The notes beneath the pieces are model-generated. The model had not been told where the DNA came from, made no database searches, and worked only from the letters and a program-made list of their open reading frames with translations. A DNA stretch of 63,730 bases, filler included, from Octopus bimaculoides (lineage: Eukaryota), in the NCBI RefSeq assembly GCF_001194135.2. It is 3 parts of 3 records of this genome, joined end to end, with 100 filler letters (N's around TTAATTAATTAA, not from the genome) between each part and the next. Parts side by side here need not be neighbours in the genome. Positions count along the whole stretch, not along the records: positions 1 to 31,141 come from NC_068985.1; 2 more parts are not named here. One strand, 5' to 3'. Below, one piece after another: positions 1-11,800 of the stretch; within the stretch, counting starts at the first letter, position 1, and each line of letters begins with the position of its first letter. The translations under genes and the position numbers were made by a program.

Positions 1-1170
1 CACTAACCATTCTTCTATCCCAAGTTTCCTCATTGACCACCAGATAAGGGATCGGGGGACCCTGTCAAAGGCTTTCTCCATGTCAACGAAAGCCAGGTAC
101 AGAGGTTTATCCTTAGCTAGGTATTTCTCCTGCAACTGTCTCACTAGAAATAAGGCATCAGTAGTGCTTTTACCTGGCACGAACCCAAGTATCTTGACAG
201 AAAAGTTGAACCTAAGAAGCATCAGTTGTGGTGTGCAAGACAGACGATTGCGCTGGTATGGACATGTGGCGAGAATGGATGAGGATAGCTGCGCGAAAAT
301 GTGCCACACCCTAGCGGTTGAGGGAACCCGTGGAAGAGGCAGGTCTAAGAAGACCTGGGATGAGGTGGTGAAGCATGACCTCCGAACATTAGGCCTCACC
401 GAGAGAGAGACAGAGATAGGAGCGAGAGAGAGAGAGATAGGAGTAAGAGAGAGAGAGATAGGAGCGAGAGAGAGAGAGGGAGGAGTGAGAGAGTGATAGG
501 AGCGAGAGAGAGAGAGAGAGAGAACCTTTGGAAATATGCTGTGTGTGAGAAGGGATGTAGCCAGCCTACTTACGTGTAACATTCCTTCATTGGACACTAA
601 ACTCTGCTTGCGAAGACCTGTTGAGGCAAGTGAAATCGAAATCAAACTAAATTTGTAGGAACACTAAACTCGGCTTGCGAAGACCTGTTGGGGCAAGCAA
701 AAACGAAATCGTGATGGCACCTGTACCAGTGGAGCACTAAGAGCACCGTCCAAGCATGATCGTTGCCAGAGCAGCTGTCTGGCTTCCGTGCCGGTGGCAC
801 GTAAATAGCACCAGTGTGAGCGTTACCAACGTCACCTTCCTGGCACTTGTGCCAGTGGCACGTGAAAAACTTTCGAGCGTGATCGTTGCCAGTGCCGATG
901 GACTGGCTCCTGTGCAGGTGGCACGTAAAATACACTATTTCGAGCATGGCCATTGCAAATACCGCCTGACTGGCCTTCGTGCCGGTGGCATGTAAAAGCC
1001 CCCACTACACTCTCAGAGTGGTTGGCGTTAGGAAGGGCATCCAAATAAAGAAACTCTGCCAAATCAGATTGGAGCCTGGTGTAGCCACCTGGTCCACCAG
1101 TCCTCAGTCAAATCGTCCAACCCATGCTAGCATGGAAAGCAGATGTTAAACGACGATGATGATGATGAAT
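1..1170 (+). mobile_element. RTE-clade LINE 3' end (RT C-terminus plus repetitive 3' UTR and (GAT)n tail)
   Basis: RRLRWYGHVARMDED...RGRGRSKKTWDEVV, then tandem gccagtg..tggcacgtaaaa units and an aacgacgatgatgat tail. Confidence 0.8.
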
Positions 1171-1851
1171 TCAAATTGGAATGTGTGTTGTTTGGCCTGA
1201 ACTGACAGACCACAAGCCATTTAGTTACTTATTATCCAGAAATCAATACCAACTGTTCAGTTTTTCAAAGTCACACATGAACCATAGATACACTTTTGAG
1301 AAAATATTTAGTGGTTTACTGCAAGATATATAAATGGATTTGCGATTGTCAAATAGTTATGAGCTCCCATCTAGTCAAGAAATCATTGCAAAAGAATCAT
1401 GAAGCTATAGATTGGCTACAATATATTTCACTATGGCCACTATAATTACAATATATTTCGAAATCAAATATTTTATTTATCTGTCTGTTTGTGTATCACT
1501 TTATATATATATATATATACATACATACTAGCTTTTAAGCAACTGACCCTGAATGGGAAGATCTACAAACAGATCTCTGACTTGTTTTGGAGAATTTGTT
1601 GCAATTGCTTCTTCCAGAGTCATATCTCAATGATGATCATATTCGTCACAAAAAAATCATGTAAAAAGATTGCCAAAAACAATTGCAGTAATGAAAACAT
1701 TGGAATCCAAAATTTCAGGATTGTGGGTCTGGATTTAGCCTGGAATGTTTTCAATTTACTCACAGCCTGATTCCAAAATGGTATGGGCTACTGCCTCCAG
1801 GAGTAAAAGTGTGACACACTGACATTCACATTTATTATACTAGACTATATT

Positions 1852-2078
1852 AAGGCAACAAGCTGGCAGTATCATTAGCACCCCAGGTGAAATGCTTAGC
1901 GATATTTTGTCTGCTGTTAGGTTTGAGCTCGAATTCCGCCAAGATCAACTTTGCTTTTCATCCTTTCAGATTCCATAAAATTAGTACTAGTTATGTACTA
2001 GGTTGATGTACTCAACTTAATCCTATCCCCCAAAATTTGAGGCCTTGTGCTTCCAGTAGAAAGGATTTATTAAAGTTG
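1852..2078 (+). mobile_element. SINE family A (agctggcag..gaaatgcttagc..ttcatcctttc..aagtac)
   Basis: Matches many other copies in the window; flanked by a ~40 bp direct repeat. Confidence 0.8.
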
Positions 2079-2186
2079 AAAAGTGTGACACACTGACATT
2101 CACATTTATTATATTAGATATGTTTAATTTTGGGGAAACTTTATTTCAATTAAAGTGTATTTCATAAGTGTGTGTGTGTGTATATA

Positions 2187-4016
2187 TCTACTACATATGT
2201 GGAAAATCGGTATGCGTTTGTTTGTGGCGTTGTTATCTAACTCCTCCTACATCATTTTATTGATTTTGATGAAACTTGACACGTGAATAGAATTCATGTC
2301 TGGAAACCTCGTGACATACATAGATTGTTGAAAAAAATCGACAATACGCCCCTGGAAGGGATCTTTATATTTACCTCATATAACTAATCTTTTTTTGAAC
2401 ACCCAAGGGAAATAACCCATAGCATACGCACTATATTTTTTAAACATTCAAGGGAAATAACCCATAGCATCTGCACTTACAGTTGTTAGTTTTTAGCGAA
2501 GCGATTAATATTTGATTCTCACGATCACCAGACCTAATTCTGCATTTCACTACTCAGTTTTCAACTGCTAAACCTTATTATTGCACTTTCTTGATGCATG
2601 TACACTTTCAATGCCCATAACTCCTATAATTCTGCATTTTTGCAGTTAAAATTTTTCGATGACAATGCATAAATTTTTGATTCCAGAATGTATTTAATAA
2701 GTGTGTCCCAATACAATGAACTCGTACTTTGAATACTTATAATTCTTAAAAAATGAAACCAAACTTCTACCCCACATTCAGCTGGGACACCCCATATCAC
2801 TTATACTTATTTTACAAATCATATTTATTGCTTATTTACAGTTCATACAACATTTTCATGAAATTAATTGAGCCATCGAATTTAGAAATATTTTACAGGT
2901 TTCATTGTTTATGTTCGATTACTTTGAATATTGATTTTTTTGTGTGTCCAATTTGTAATTTTTGCAGACAATATCACTTTTATACTTTATTTGATACATG
3001 AGTAAAACTCATATCTGGAAACCTCATGACATACTTACTTAGATTGTTGAAAAAAATCTATAGTAAGTATGCAATGGATCCATCTATCTACTACATATTA
3101 CTAATATTTCATTTAAACTCAAGGGAAATAACCCATACCACCTGCACTTTTTAGCGAAGTGATCAATATTTGATTCTCATGATCAGCCAACCTAATTCTG
3201 CATTACACTACTCATTACTATTGCACTTCCTTGATTTGAATTTTAAACCTTAAAGACTTCATTCATACATACTTTTTTGAATGCCCATTACTCCGAAATT
3301 CTGCATTTTTACAGTTACACTTTTTCCATGACAGTAGATAAATTTTTTATTCCACAACGTATTTGTAGTGGCTTCATGCAAGCATAGCATGGATTCAATT
3401 CTTGATTGCCAAATTTCACTTAACACTTCAACACTTTTCTCATGGTAAAGCAATAGTTTTTCTGTAAATGACAGTAATTATACATTTCCCAGATTCCTTC
3501 TCTAAGCAGAATAATGTCTTTGCCACTTGACCCGTCTAGGCCACCAGGGGCTGGAATGGAGATAAATCTCCAACAAAATCATTTGTTCTCAACAATATGT
3601 CTAGCCCTTCTGGCTGCTTATCGATAATTATAAAAACAAGAACTCCGTAAGCTAAAGGTAGTTACTGAGAGCGACCATCAGTGAGTATGAATGTTATTAT
3701 TGCACTTTCTTCATTTCATTCTTAAACATTAAACACTTCATTCATATATTTATTTACATATGCACTACATTTATATATTAACTTTAATAAATTAGCCTTC
3801 ATAAAGTTCACCTTTAAAATGCCATGACAAGTCAGAGTACTTTCTCACCAACCTCCAAAAATCTCTCCCTCCTCCAGCTGACAGTTTTTTGTACTTTTTC
3901 GTGACGGAAAATACACCTTTTGTGGCAGTTATAACGAAATTACTTTCTTATATCAGAGTAATAAGGTGCTTCAATAGAACATCTTTACCCCCGGGGATTA
4001 CCGAGTACTCCAGCTA

Positions 4017-4017
<1 letters not shown>
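2187..4017 (+). mobile_element. Non-autonomous Helitron with internal duplication
   Basis: A|TC 5' end at 2187; GC-rich imperfect hairpin then CTAG|T at 4014-4018; repeated aagggaaataacccata and ctaattctgcatt blocks. Confidence 0.65.
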
Positions 4018-4080
<63 letters not shown>

Positions 4081-4119
4081 ATTAAAGAAAGCAAAAAATA
4101 AAACAAAAATAAAAGTTTG

Positions 4120-4800
4120 TAATACTAACTTCAGGAAACCTGCCAGTCACCTATTCACTTACTGATCTGGTGGACACACTAGTCAAATTGATTACACCCT
4201 TGCCAGGAAATGGGAAAGATGGCTACTTATAAATGCCAAAACCTTCCCAGGTGAAGAATGCACCCCCCACAACATAGATTAGTAGTTAGTGACTTCAGGA
4301 TCAGTGCTAAATGGATACCCAGAAAATGACCAGCATGGAGAAGGGTCTGGAAGCTTGGACAGAGATTTAGAGACATATTACTTGGAGCTTTTGACAAAAC
4401 AAAAGGGGATATAGCATCACATGATGTGGAAGACAACTGGAGCTTTCCACAGGACAACCTGTTGAGGGTTACGGACCAGACCTGTGGATGGTGCAAAGTC
4501 CCCTCTCGACCAAAGATAAGGCGGTGATGGAACAATGTAGTTGACAAGGCCATTAGGGGAAAGAAAGAGGCATGGAAGGACTGGAAGAATGGTGGTGGCA
4601 GGAAATTGTATCAGATTGCCAAAAGGGAAGCCAGGAGACAGGTTTACTTAGCCAGAGGAGAAGCAGACGAGAAAAAATTTGACAATGTTCTACGTCGTGA
4701 GAACCAAAGACTTGAAGTGTTTTGTGTTGCAAGACAGTGTGTGACGGAGAATCGTGATGTCATAAGAGAGGAATGTGTCCACATGAGATGGCTCTCTTGC
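4120..4800 (+). mobile_element. RTE LINE fragment (endonuclease-RT linker)
   Basis: Decayed FPGEECTPQHRLVVSDF...WWNNVVDKAI.GKKEAWKDWKNGG..LYQIAKREARRQVYLA. Confidence 0.75.
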
Positions 4801-5771
4801 TGTCCCTAGTTGTACTTCTATTTCATGTTTGCTGTTATTACCAGTTGTTATGTATTTAAAAGATACACAATATATGTCTGACTATCTCAACACAAACTTG
4901 GTAAATGTTTGCATAATAATGTGACCTTATTTTGGAACAATAAATCCCAAATATTAGATATTTATATCAAGAAAAGACACACATATAAAGCCTTCAAATT
5001 GGCAGCAATATATTCCAAAATTTATTCCCTTAACTGTTTTGCTTCTTACAACTGATATATCAGTCCACAATGTCATCAAAGAAATAGATTATGTTAAAAA
5101 TATACATATATAAATTAGTTTTACAAAGAATAATTTTGGATTAATTATCATGCAGAAAAGAAGAAGCAATCAAATTTCTTTGTTCTTTAATCATTAAAGA
5201 CATGAGTGAGCCATTTCTAATTAATAGCCCAAACAATCATAGTTTTCTTCTTTACACATTTTCAAATCATTTTTGTGAGGTTGCATTAGTGCAGCAGACC
5301 TCACTTGAAGACTTCTCAAACAGTTTAAGCCATGCTAATCAAATGAGCAGGAATTATAATCTGATCTTCCCCAAAGTTATTTAAAGATAGGATCTACTTT
5401 TGGTGTAAAAAAAGGAACAAAGCATCATCAGTTGCAAGACTTGTGAAGCAATTTTCACTTTTGGCCTTTGAAAATGTAGAGACTTTTGCCATTTGAAAGT
5501 TCATAAAGTGACAAAGAAATTAATTGAGAAACTGTTCAGAACACTTAGGAAACTTCTGGTTCTAAAGATTAAAAACAATTTCTTAAAATCATTATTTGCA
5601 CTTGTTATTTGAAAGTTGAGTTTCTGGACACAGTTTCATAAACTTTATATTTTCATTCCTTATTAAACAGTAGTTCAAATCAAGAACATACAGCTGAATG
5701 TTGCAGAATCTTCAAGCTATTTTCAAGTTGTTTTGTAGGCGCAACAGCAGAAGCACTTTCACTGGTCAGCT

Positions 5772-5822
5772 TTAATATGGGGCAAAGTTTTTAGGTTTAT
5801 GTGTTTTTATCTTGAGTTTGTT
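5772..5822 (-). CDS. WDR89: WDR89 terminal exon 13 (NKLKIKTHKPKNFAPY*)
   Basis: Strong acceptor attttctttccag; in-frame TAA; candidate AATAAA (minus strand) at 5021-5026. Confidence 0.8.
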   Translation of the reverse strand, partial: NKLKIKTHKPKNFAPY

Positions 5823-8800
5823 CTGGAAAGAAAATATATAATTTAAGACATCACATTTATTATTAACAGCTACCCCATCCCAATTATTAAAAATTAACCT
5901 ATTTATTAACAAATATCACATACATTATTAAAAATATAGTACTTATTATCAAAAATCAATCAATGCATTGTTGAAATTTATCCCACTTATTAAGAGCTCA
6001 TCAACTAAGATATAAAAAAAAACTATATTTTAAAAAATAATAAGGATAAATGAAAGGAACGAAACCATGACAAACGAATGAAAGATGTTTTGAATAAGTG
6101 GTAAGATTTTAAATGGGTGATGACATTTCAATGAATAATATTTCAAATGAGTGATGACAAACATATCACTAATTGGTTCTCTTCTACTGTTGGGAATCTC
6201 AGTAATATTGTTTTCAAGCCTTTCTTTTACTACAATCTCTGTTTACATCAACAACAACAAAACCCCTCTATGTTTATATATAGATAAAAAGTTCCACAAT
6301 TACTAATTTTATCTCATTTTGATCTCACACACACATGGACATGCACGCATGCATGTGTGTGCCTAAGCATGCATGCGCATGAATAACACTGTTAAATCTA
6401 CATCCCAAAGATCCTATTCAGAACCAGAAAATATTTCAGCTCTCATTCTAATATTATAGTGAATATAAAGTGAAGGTTATTGTACTTGATATAGTGAGGA
6501 ACAGTGAATGGCTGAAAAGGGATGATGAAACCTTGTTGGAGATGTGATGTGTGGGTGTGAGGCAGATACCTGTTTGCTTACATGGCAAGTCAGACCTGAA
6601 CAACTCTACAATTTGGATCATGGTGATGATCCTGAAATGGACTAAGATCAAATACTAGTCAGTCAATCCAGTAGATGGGGACCTCCTGGAAGGTGGGGGT
6701 ACTTAAAGCCATTGAGAGAAATGCCCCAAAGTCTTCAACTAATTGTACTTGCACAAGCAAGCTGTTTCTGAGTTTCTAAGATGATGAGAAAAAGAAAGTG
6801 ATACCTAAAATGACTAATTCTGATGTAGTCAGGGGAGATAACTTCAGTATTTAAATTAATTATAAAAGAATAAATGGAGACTGAGTTTTTTTAGTAATAC
6901 GGTGACAATTGTGGACATGTTTCAGTGTTATTAAATATCAGCAAAAGCTTAGTTTAACTATTATGTAAGATCTTTCAATGATAACAAAGAGGTATATGGG
7001 ATTTTAATGAATGAACACTAAATAGCATGAGAAGATTTTCTTCACCCAATTATTCTGTACCAGGGTACATATATCATCATCATCATTATTCATTACCATT
7101 CAACATCCAGCTTCCATGATGGCATGGATTAGAGGGTTTAACAGGATCTGAAGAGTTGGAGGATTGCATCATGCTCTAATGTCTACCTGAGGTTCCATGA
7201 GCTGCATGGTGACCTCAATAGTATTGGTGAGATGAAAAAAAAAAAAGCACACAATACACACTGTAAAGTCGATGGTGTTATAAAGGGCATCTAACCATAG
7301 ACACCATGCCAAAACAGATATTAGAGCATGATACAGTACTTGGATCATCAGGTCCTGTCAAAAACCATCCAACCCATGCAAACATGGAACATGGAAATAA
7401 GCAATGATGAAACTGTATCAACAGCCCTTTTTTTATCTGTCATAAACATTCTGAAAATCTGTACCTGAAAAGTTCTTCTCCAAGGTACTGGTCCGGAGAA
7501 GGTTATTTTGTGGAAGGCAAGCAGTTGTTCATGAGGCATGTCTCCTCTCTTCGTGCCACTGTTGCTGTCCAAAGGAAGGGTAATGCTGACATACCTTATC
7601 ACAGGTGTTAATGTGTACAACACAGAAAGCTGGAACAGATGCTACAAGTTTTATGATCTGATGCTCTCATGGTTCCACAAATCCACTGACCTGGACAGAC
7701 ACTTTGTTTTTACTCATCTCCATAAGGATGAAGCATTAACCTCAGGAAGGTTTGAACTCAAACAACCAGAACAAATACCAGAAAGCACTCTAATGCCCTA
7801 CCAGCTCTGCCAATTGGCTATCACTGTCATCCTACATGCTGCAATGGATTGGATGGTTTGACAAGATCCATAAAACAACTGCATCACACTACAATGTCAG
7901 TATTGATATGGTTTTTACAGCTGGATACTCTTCCTAACACCAACCACTTTACAGAGTGTATAAGTGCCCTTTTCCATGGTGCCAACATTAGTGATATCAC
8001 CATGCAGCTTGCAAGTCTAAGAGCCTCATTGACTGAGTGGGGCTAAAAATGAGAGATTAAAGTATGAGAGAAGAGGCTAAAACAGAATTGGTTTCCTACT
8101 GGAGAGGAACTGAATGGCTGCTCACATTATAAGAGAAAGGGAGGACATAACTGTGGTGGAGCTGAAAGAGATAAAAATAATGGTCTCGCACACACACACA
8201 TGCACAAACATTTATATTACTTAAAAACGTTACCACTTCTTTATTTTCTGCTGCTGTAGCTGTTGACCATAAACAAACCATGGAATCTTCCCCTCCAGTA
8301 ACTAAACTGCTTGTCTGAAATTGAAATGTTAAAAAAAATATTTTAAAAAATGCATTCCAGAAAATCTTGGTTGTATCATTACAAAATAAACATATTTCTA
8401 AAACTAATGTTGATGGTAAAAGTTATTTCTGACTAATATAACATTTTGGAATAACTTAATTTTTACTTTTGTGTTTAACATATAAGTTGTGAGATGACAG
8501 TCAATGTTTGTTGAGTGTCAGTCTTGAGTGAAGACAAATTACCATTACAATGACAATTCTATTGTTAACTTCATCTTTATAGAATGGATTTATTTTATGT
8601 ACTTGGGATTGTCACCCTTTTTAAATTTGCTTTCCCCAGCTGAGGGAACCTTTATATGGTCGTGCGATCTGCTAAAAATAGCAGCCAAATTTCCTCCTAA
8701 TCCCCAAACCTACCATTATGAAAAAAAAAGAAAGATTGATTTAATAATGTGATTCTACATATATTATGAGCTGATATTGAATTAACGTTTTGAGCCCACA

Positions 8801-11800
8801 AGTATCATTAGCTGGCATGGTGTTGTTTGATTTAATTCCTGGAAGACATAAAAGTGGGTAGCAATATGGTTTGGATTTATGGCTGAAAATTACAATGTTT
8901 CTCCTACTTAGTGAGCCCATAAAGGAAAAACCACATGGCTGCCTGATTTTGCATCTACCAGGAGTATAGTTAAAAGAAACCTAGCCCACTAAAGCTTACT
9001 GTAGGTTCAAACAATTAAATAACAATGTTTGCAGAAAGGTAAAGATATTGGTGCAACGAGTCTGTAAAATATTAGTGCAGCATATACCATAACACTGTGC
9101 CACTACAATGTACCCTTGGCTTCTGTTTATATATAAAAATAGAAAACAAAAAATAAATGTTATTTCATCCATACATATCTACAACTGACACAAGCAGTTA
9201 CAATTCCTACAATTGTCTGCATTTGCAGATCTAACCAGCATTCAAAATATTCATGAGTTTCATGTAGAAATAATTTCTGACGCTGCACAAATTTTTAAAC
9301 TAATACAAAACAATAAGTAAATAAAATAGAAAGTTTCTAAAAAAATAGAAAAAAACTCACCAATTTATCCCAATGAAGACAACGAACTATTCCAGTGTGA
9401 CCGCCATTCAGAGAACTAATTATTTCTACATCTTTCTCTTTTGAGAATTCTAAAATGCTCAGGTTGCCACTAGTTTAAACAAAAATAAAACAGATAATGA
9501 TAATAATAACAACAATAATAATAATAATGGTTTCAAATTTTGGCACAAGGCCAGCAAGGTATTTTAAGGGAAGTCATTTACATCAACCCCAGTACTCGAC
9601 TGGTCCATAATTTATCGACCCTGAAAGGATGAAAGGCAACGTCAATCTTGGCAGAATTTGAACTCTGAATGTAAAGACAGACAAAATGCCACTAAGCATG
9701 TTGCCCGGCATGCTAACTATTCTGCCAGCTTACCACCTTAATAATAATGGTTTCAAATTCTGCCACAAGGGCAGCAATATTGGAGGAGGGGATGTGTCGC
9801 TTACATCAACCCCAGTGTTCAACTGGTGAGATAATACATTTGTGAGCAGCGAGCTGGCAGAATTGTTAGCACACCAGGCGAAATGCTTAGCGGTGTTTCG
9901 TCTGCTGCTACGTTCTGAGTTCAAATTCAGCCGAGGTTGACTTTGCTTTTCATCCTTTCGGGGTCAATTAAATAAGTACCAGTTACGCACNNNNNNNNNN
10001 NNNNNNNNNNNNNNNNNNNNNNNNNNNNNNNNNNNNNNGGGGGGGGGGGGTCAATGTAATCAACTTAATCACTTTGTCTGTCCTTGTTTGTCCCCTCTAT
10101 GTTTAACCGTTTGTGGGCAATAATGAAATAAATACATTTGTGGGCCAGGAGGTGAAGCGTGTTGGTAAATGATTTTGTTTCAATCAGCCTGGTCTAACTG
10201 ATCACAGCACTACCAGCAATAGATTACTTCAGTAAACAAAAAAAAAAAAAAAGAAAAAGAAAAAAAATATCCAACCAGCCTATATCAACATGAAAATATA
10301 AATACTAACTCTTTTGATACCAACCCACCTGAAACTACCCCTTACTCTATGATGCAAACTTCAGCCCACAAGACTTTCTGAATGGTGTGCCTAACAAAAA
10401 ATTACATTGATTTCTTTTAGTAACAAGACCTACATGATGATAAGCCATGTCTCGTGTAGCCTGCTTTCCAAGAAAGGTTACCTATACCTGTTTTAAATTA
10501 ATCTAAATTTCATGTTCCAAAACACCAGTTATTAAATTTTTTAGTATTTTCGAAATGAACTGAAACAAAAGCAGTGTATTTCATCAAGAATACAGTATCA
10601 AAAGGATTAATCAAATGAAAAGCTCATAGATAACTTAAAAACAAATTTTGAAAAAATGAAATAATAGACCTTACTTTTTTTGTCCAGCAAGAACCATCCA
10701 GTGGTCAGTTTTTTCACTTCCTATATAATCAACAATATATTCAACTTTGTCCTGCAATGCAAAAACAGATATTTTCACATAATTTCTCTTGTATAGTGTA
10801 CATGATATTCATGTTATATGTTAGGGTAAAGACCCCCTTCAAGCATGACTGATCATGGGATTGCACCTAGAAAGTTCTGCTCCAAGGCACAAGTCCAGGT
10901 AAGGTTGTTTATGAAAGACTAGCAGTTGCCCATGCATACCAGCCTCCCCTCTCCACACCACTAATATTCTCCAAGGGAAAGGCAAAGACCAATACATCTT
11001 GGCACCAGAGTCATCACAACTCATTTTCACAGATGAGTGAACTTGAAGCAATGTGAAATAAAATACCTTGCTCAAGAACAAAACACACAGCCCGGTCCAA
11101 GAATCAAACTCACTACCTTGTGATTGCAAGCCTGATGCTCTAACCACTAAGTCATGCACCTTCATATTTAATGTTAAATTACATTATATTAACCCTTTAG
11201 TGTTCACATTATTCTGTCAAAAGTAATACTTATTTATTCATTTTGTTTTGAATTAATCATGTATTATCTTGTAGCTTTGAGATTTTGATGAGGTAACTTA
11301 ATTTTTACAATGATATTGTAGGGGTGATATGAGAGGCCATATTAAAATTTGGCCAGATATAGCTGGTTTAAAAGCTAGATTTCTTTATCCTAAATAAATT
11401 TAAATAGGTCAATTTATTAACTATGACAACAGTTTGTAATTACATCTGTTCATGTCCTTAAATTGAAAAAAATAGGAATCATTATCACCATCATTATTTA
11501 ATGCCTATTTTCATGCTGGCATGAATAGGACGGTTTGACAGAAGCTGGCAAGCTAGAGGATTATACCAAACTTCAATATCTGTTATATTATGGTTTCTAT
11601 GGCTTGATGTCCTTCCTAAAACCAGCAACATTACAGAGTGTACAGGGTTTTTTTTTTTACACTTGTAAGGTCATCAAGTAACTTGCAAGACAATAATTAA
11701 ATAAATTCTTGTTTGTTAAATATCTAAACAAATGTCATAACATTTGGTGGAGATGGGTATATATTCTGTATATATAAAATGCAACAGATGGTGAATACTA

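Noticed and set aside
642-1062. ORFs here and at 12582-13057
   Set aside because: Chance ORFs in the repetitive RTE 3' UTR.
8096-8281. Stand-alone 61 aa ORF
   Set aside because: It is WDR89 exon 12 reading through into intron.
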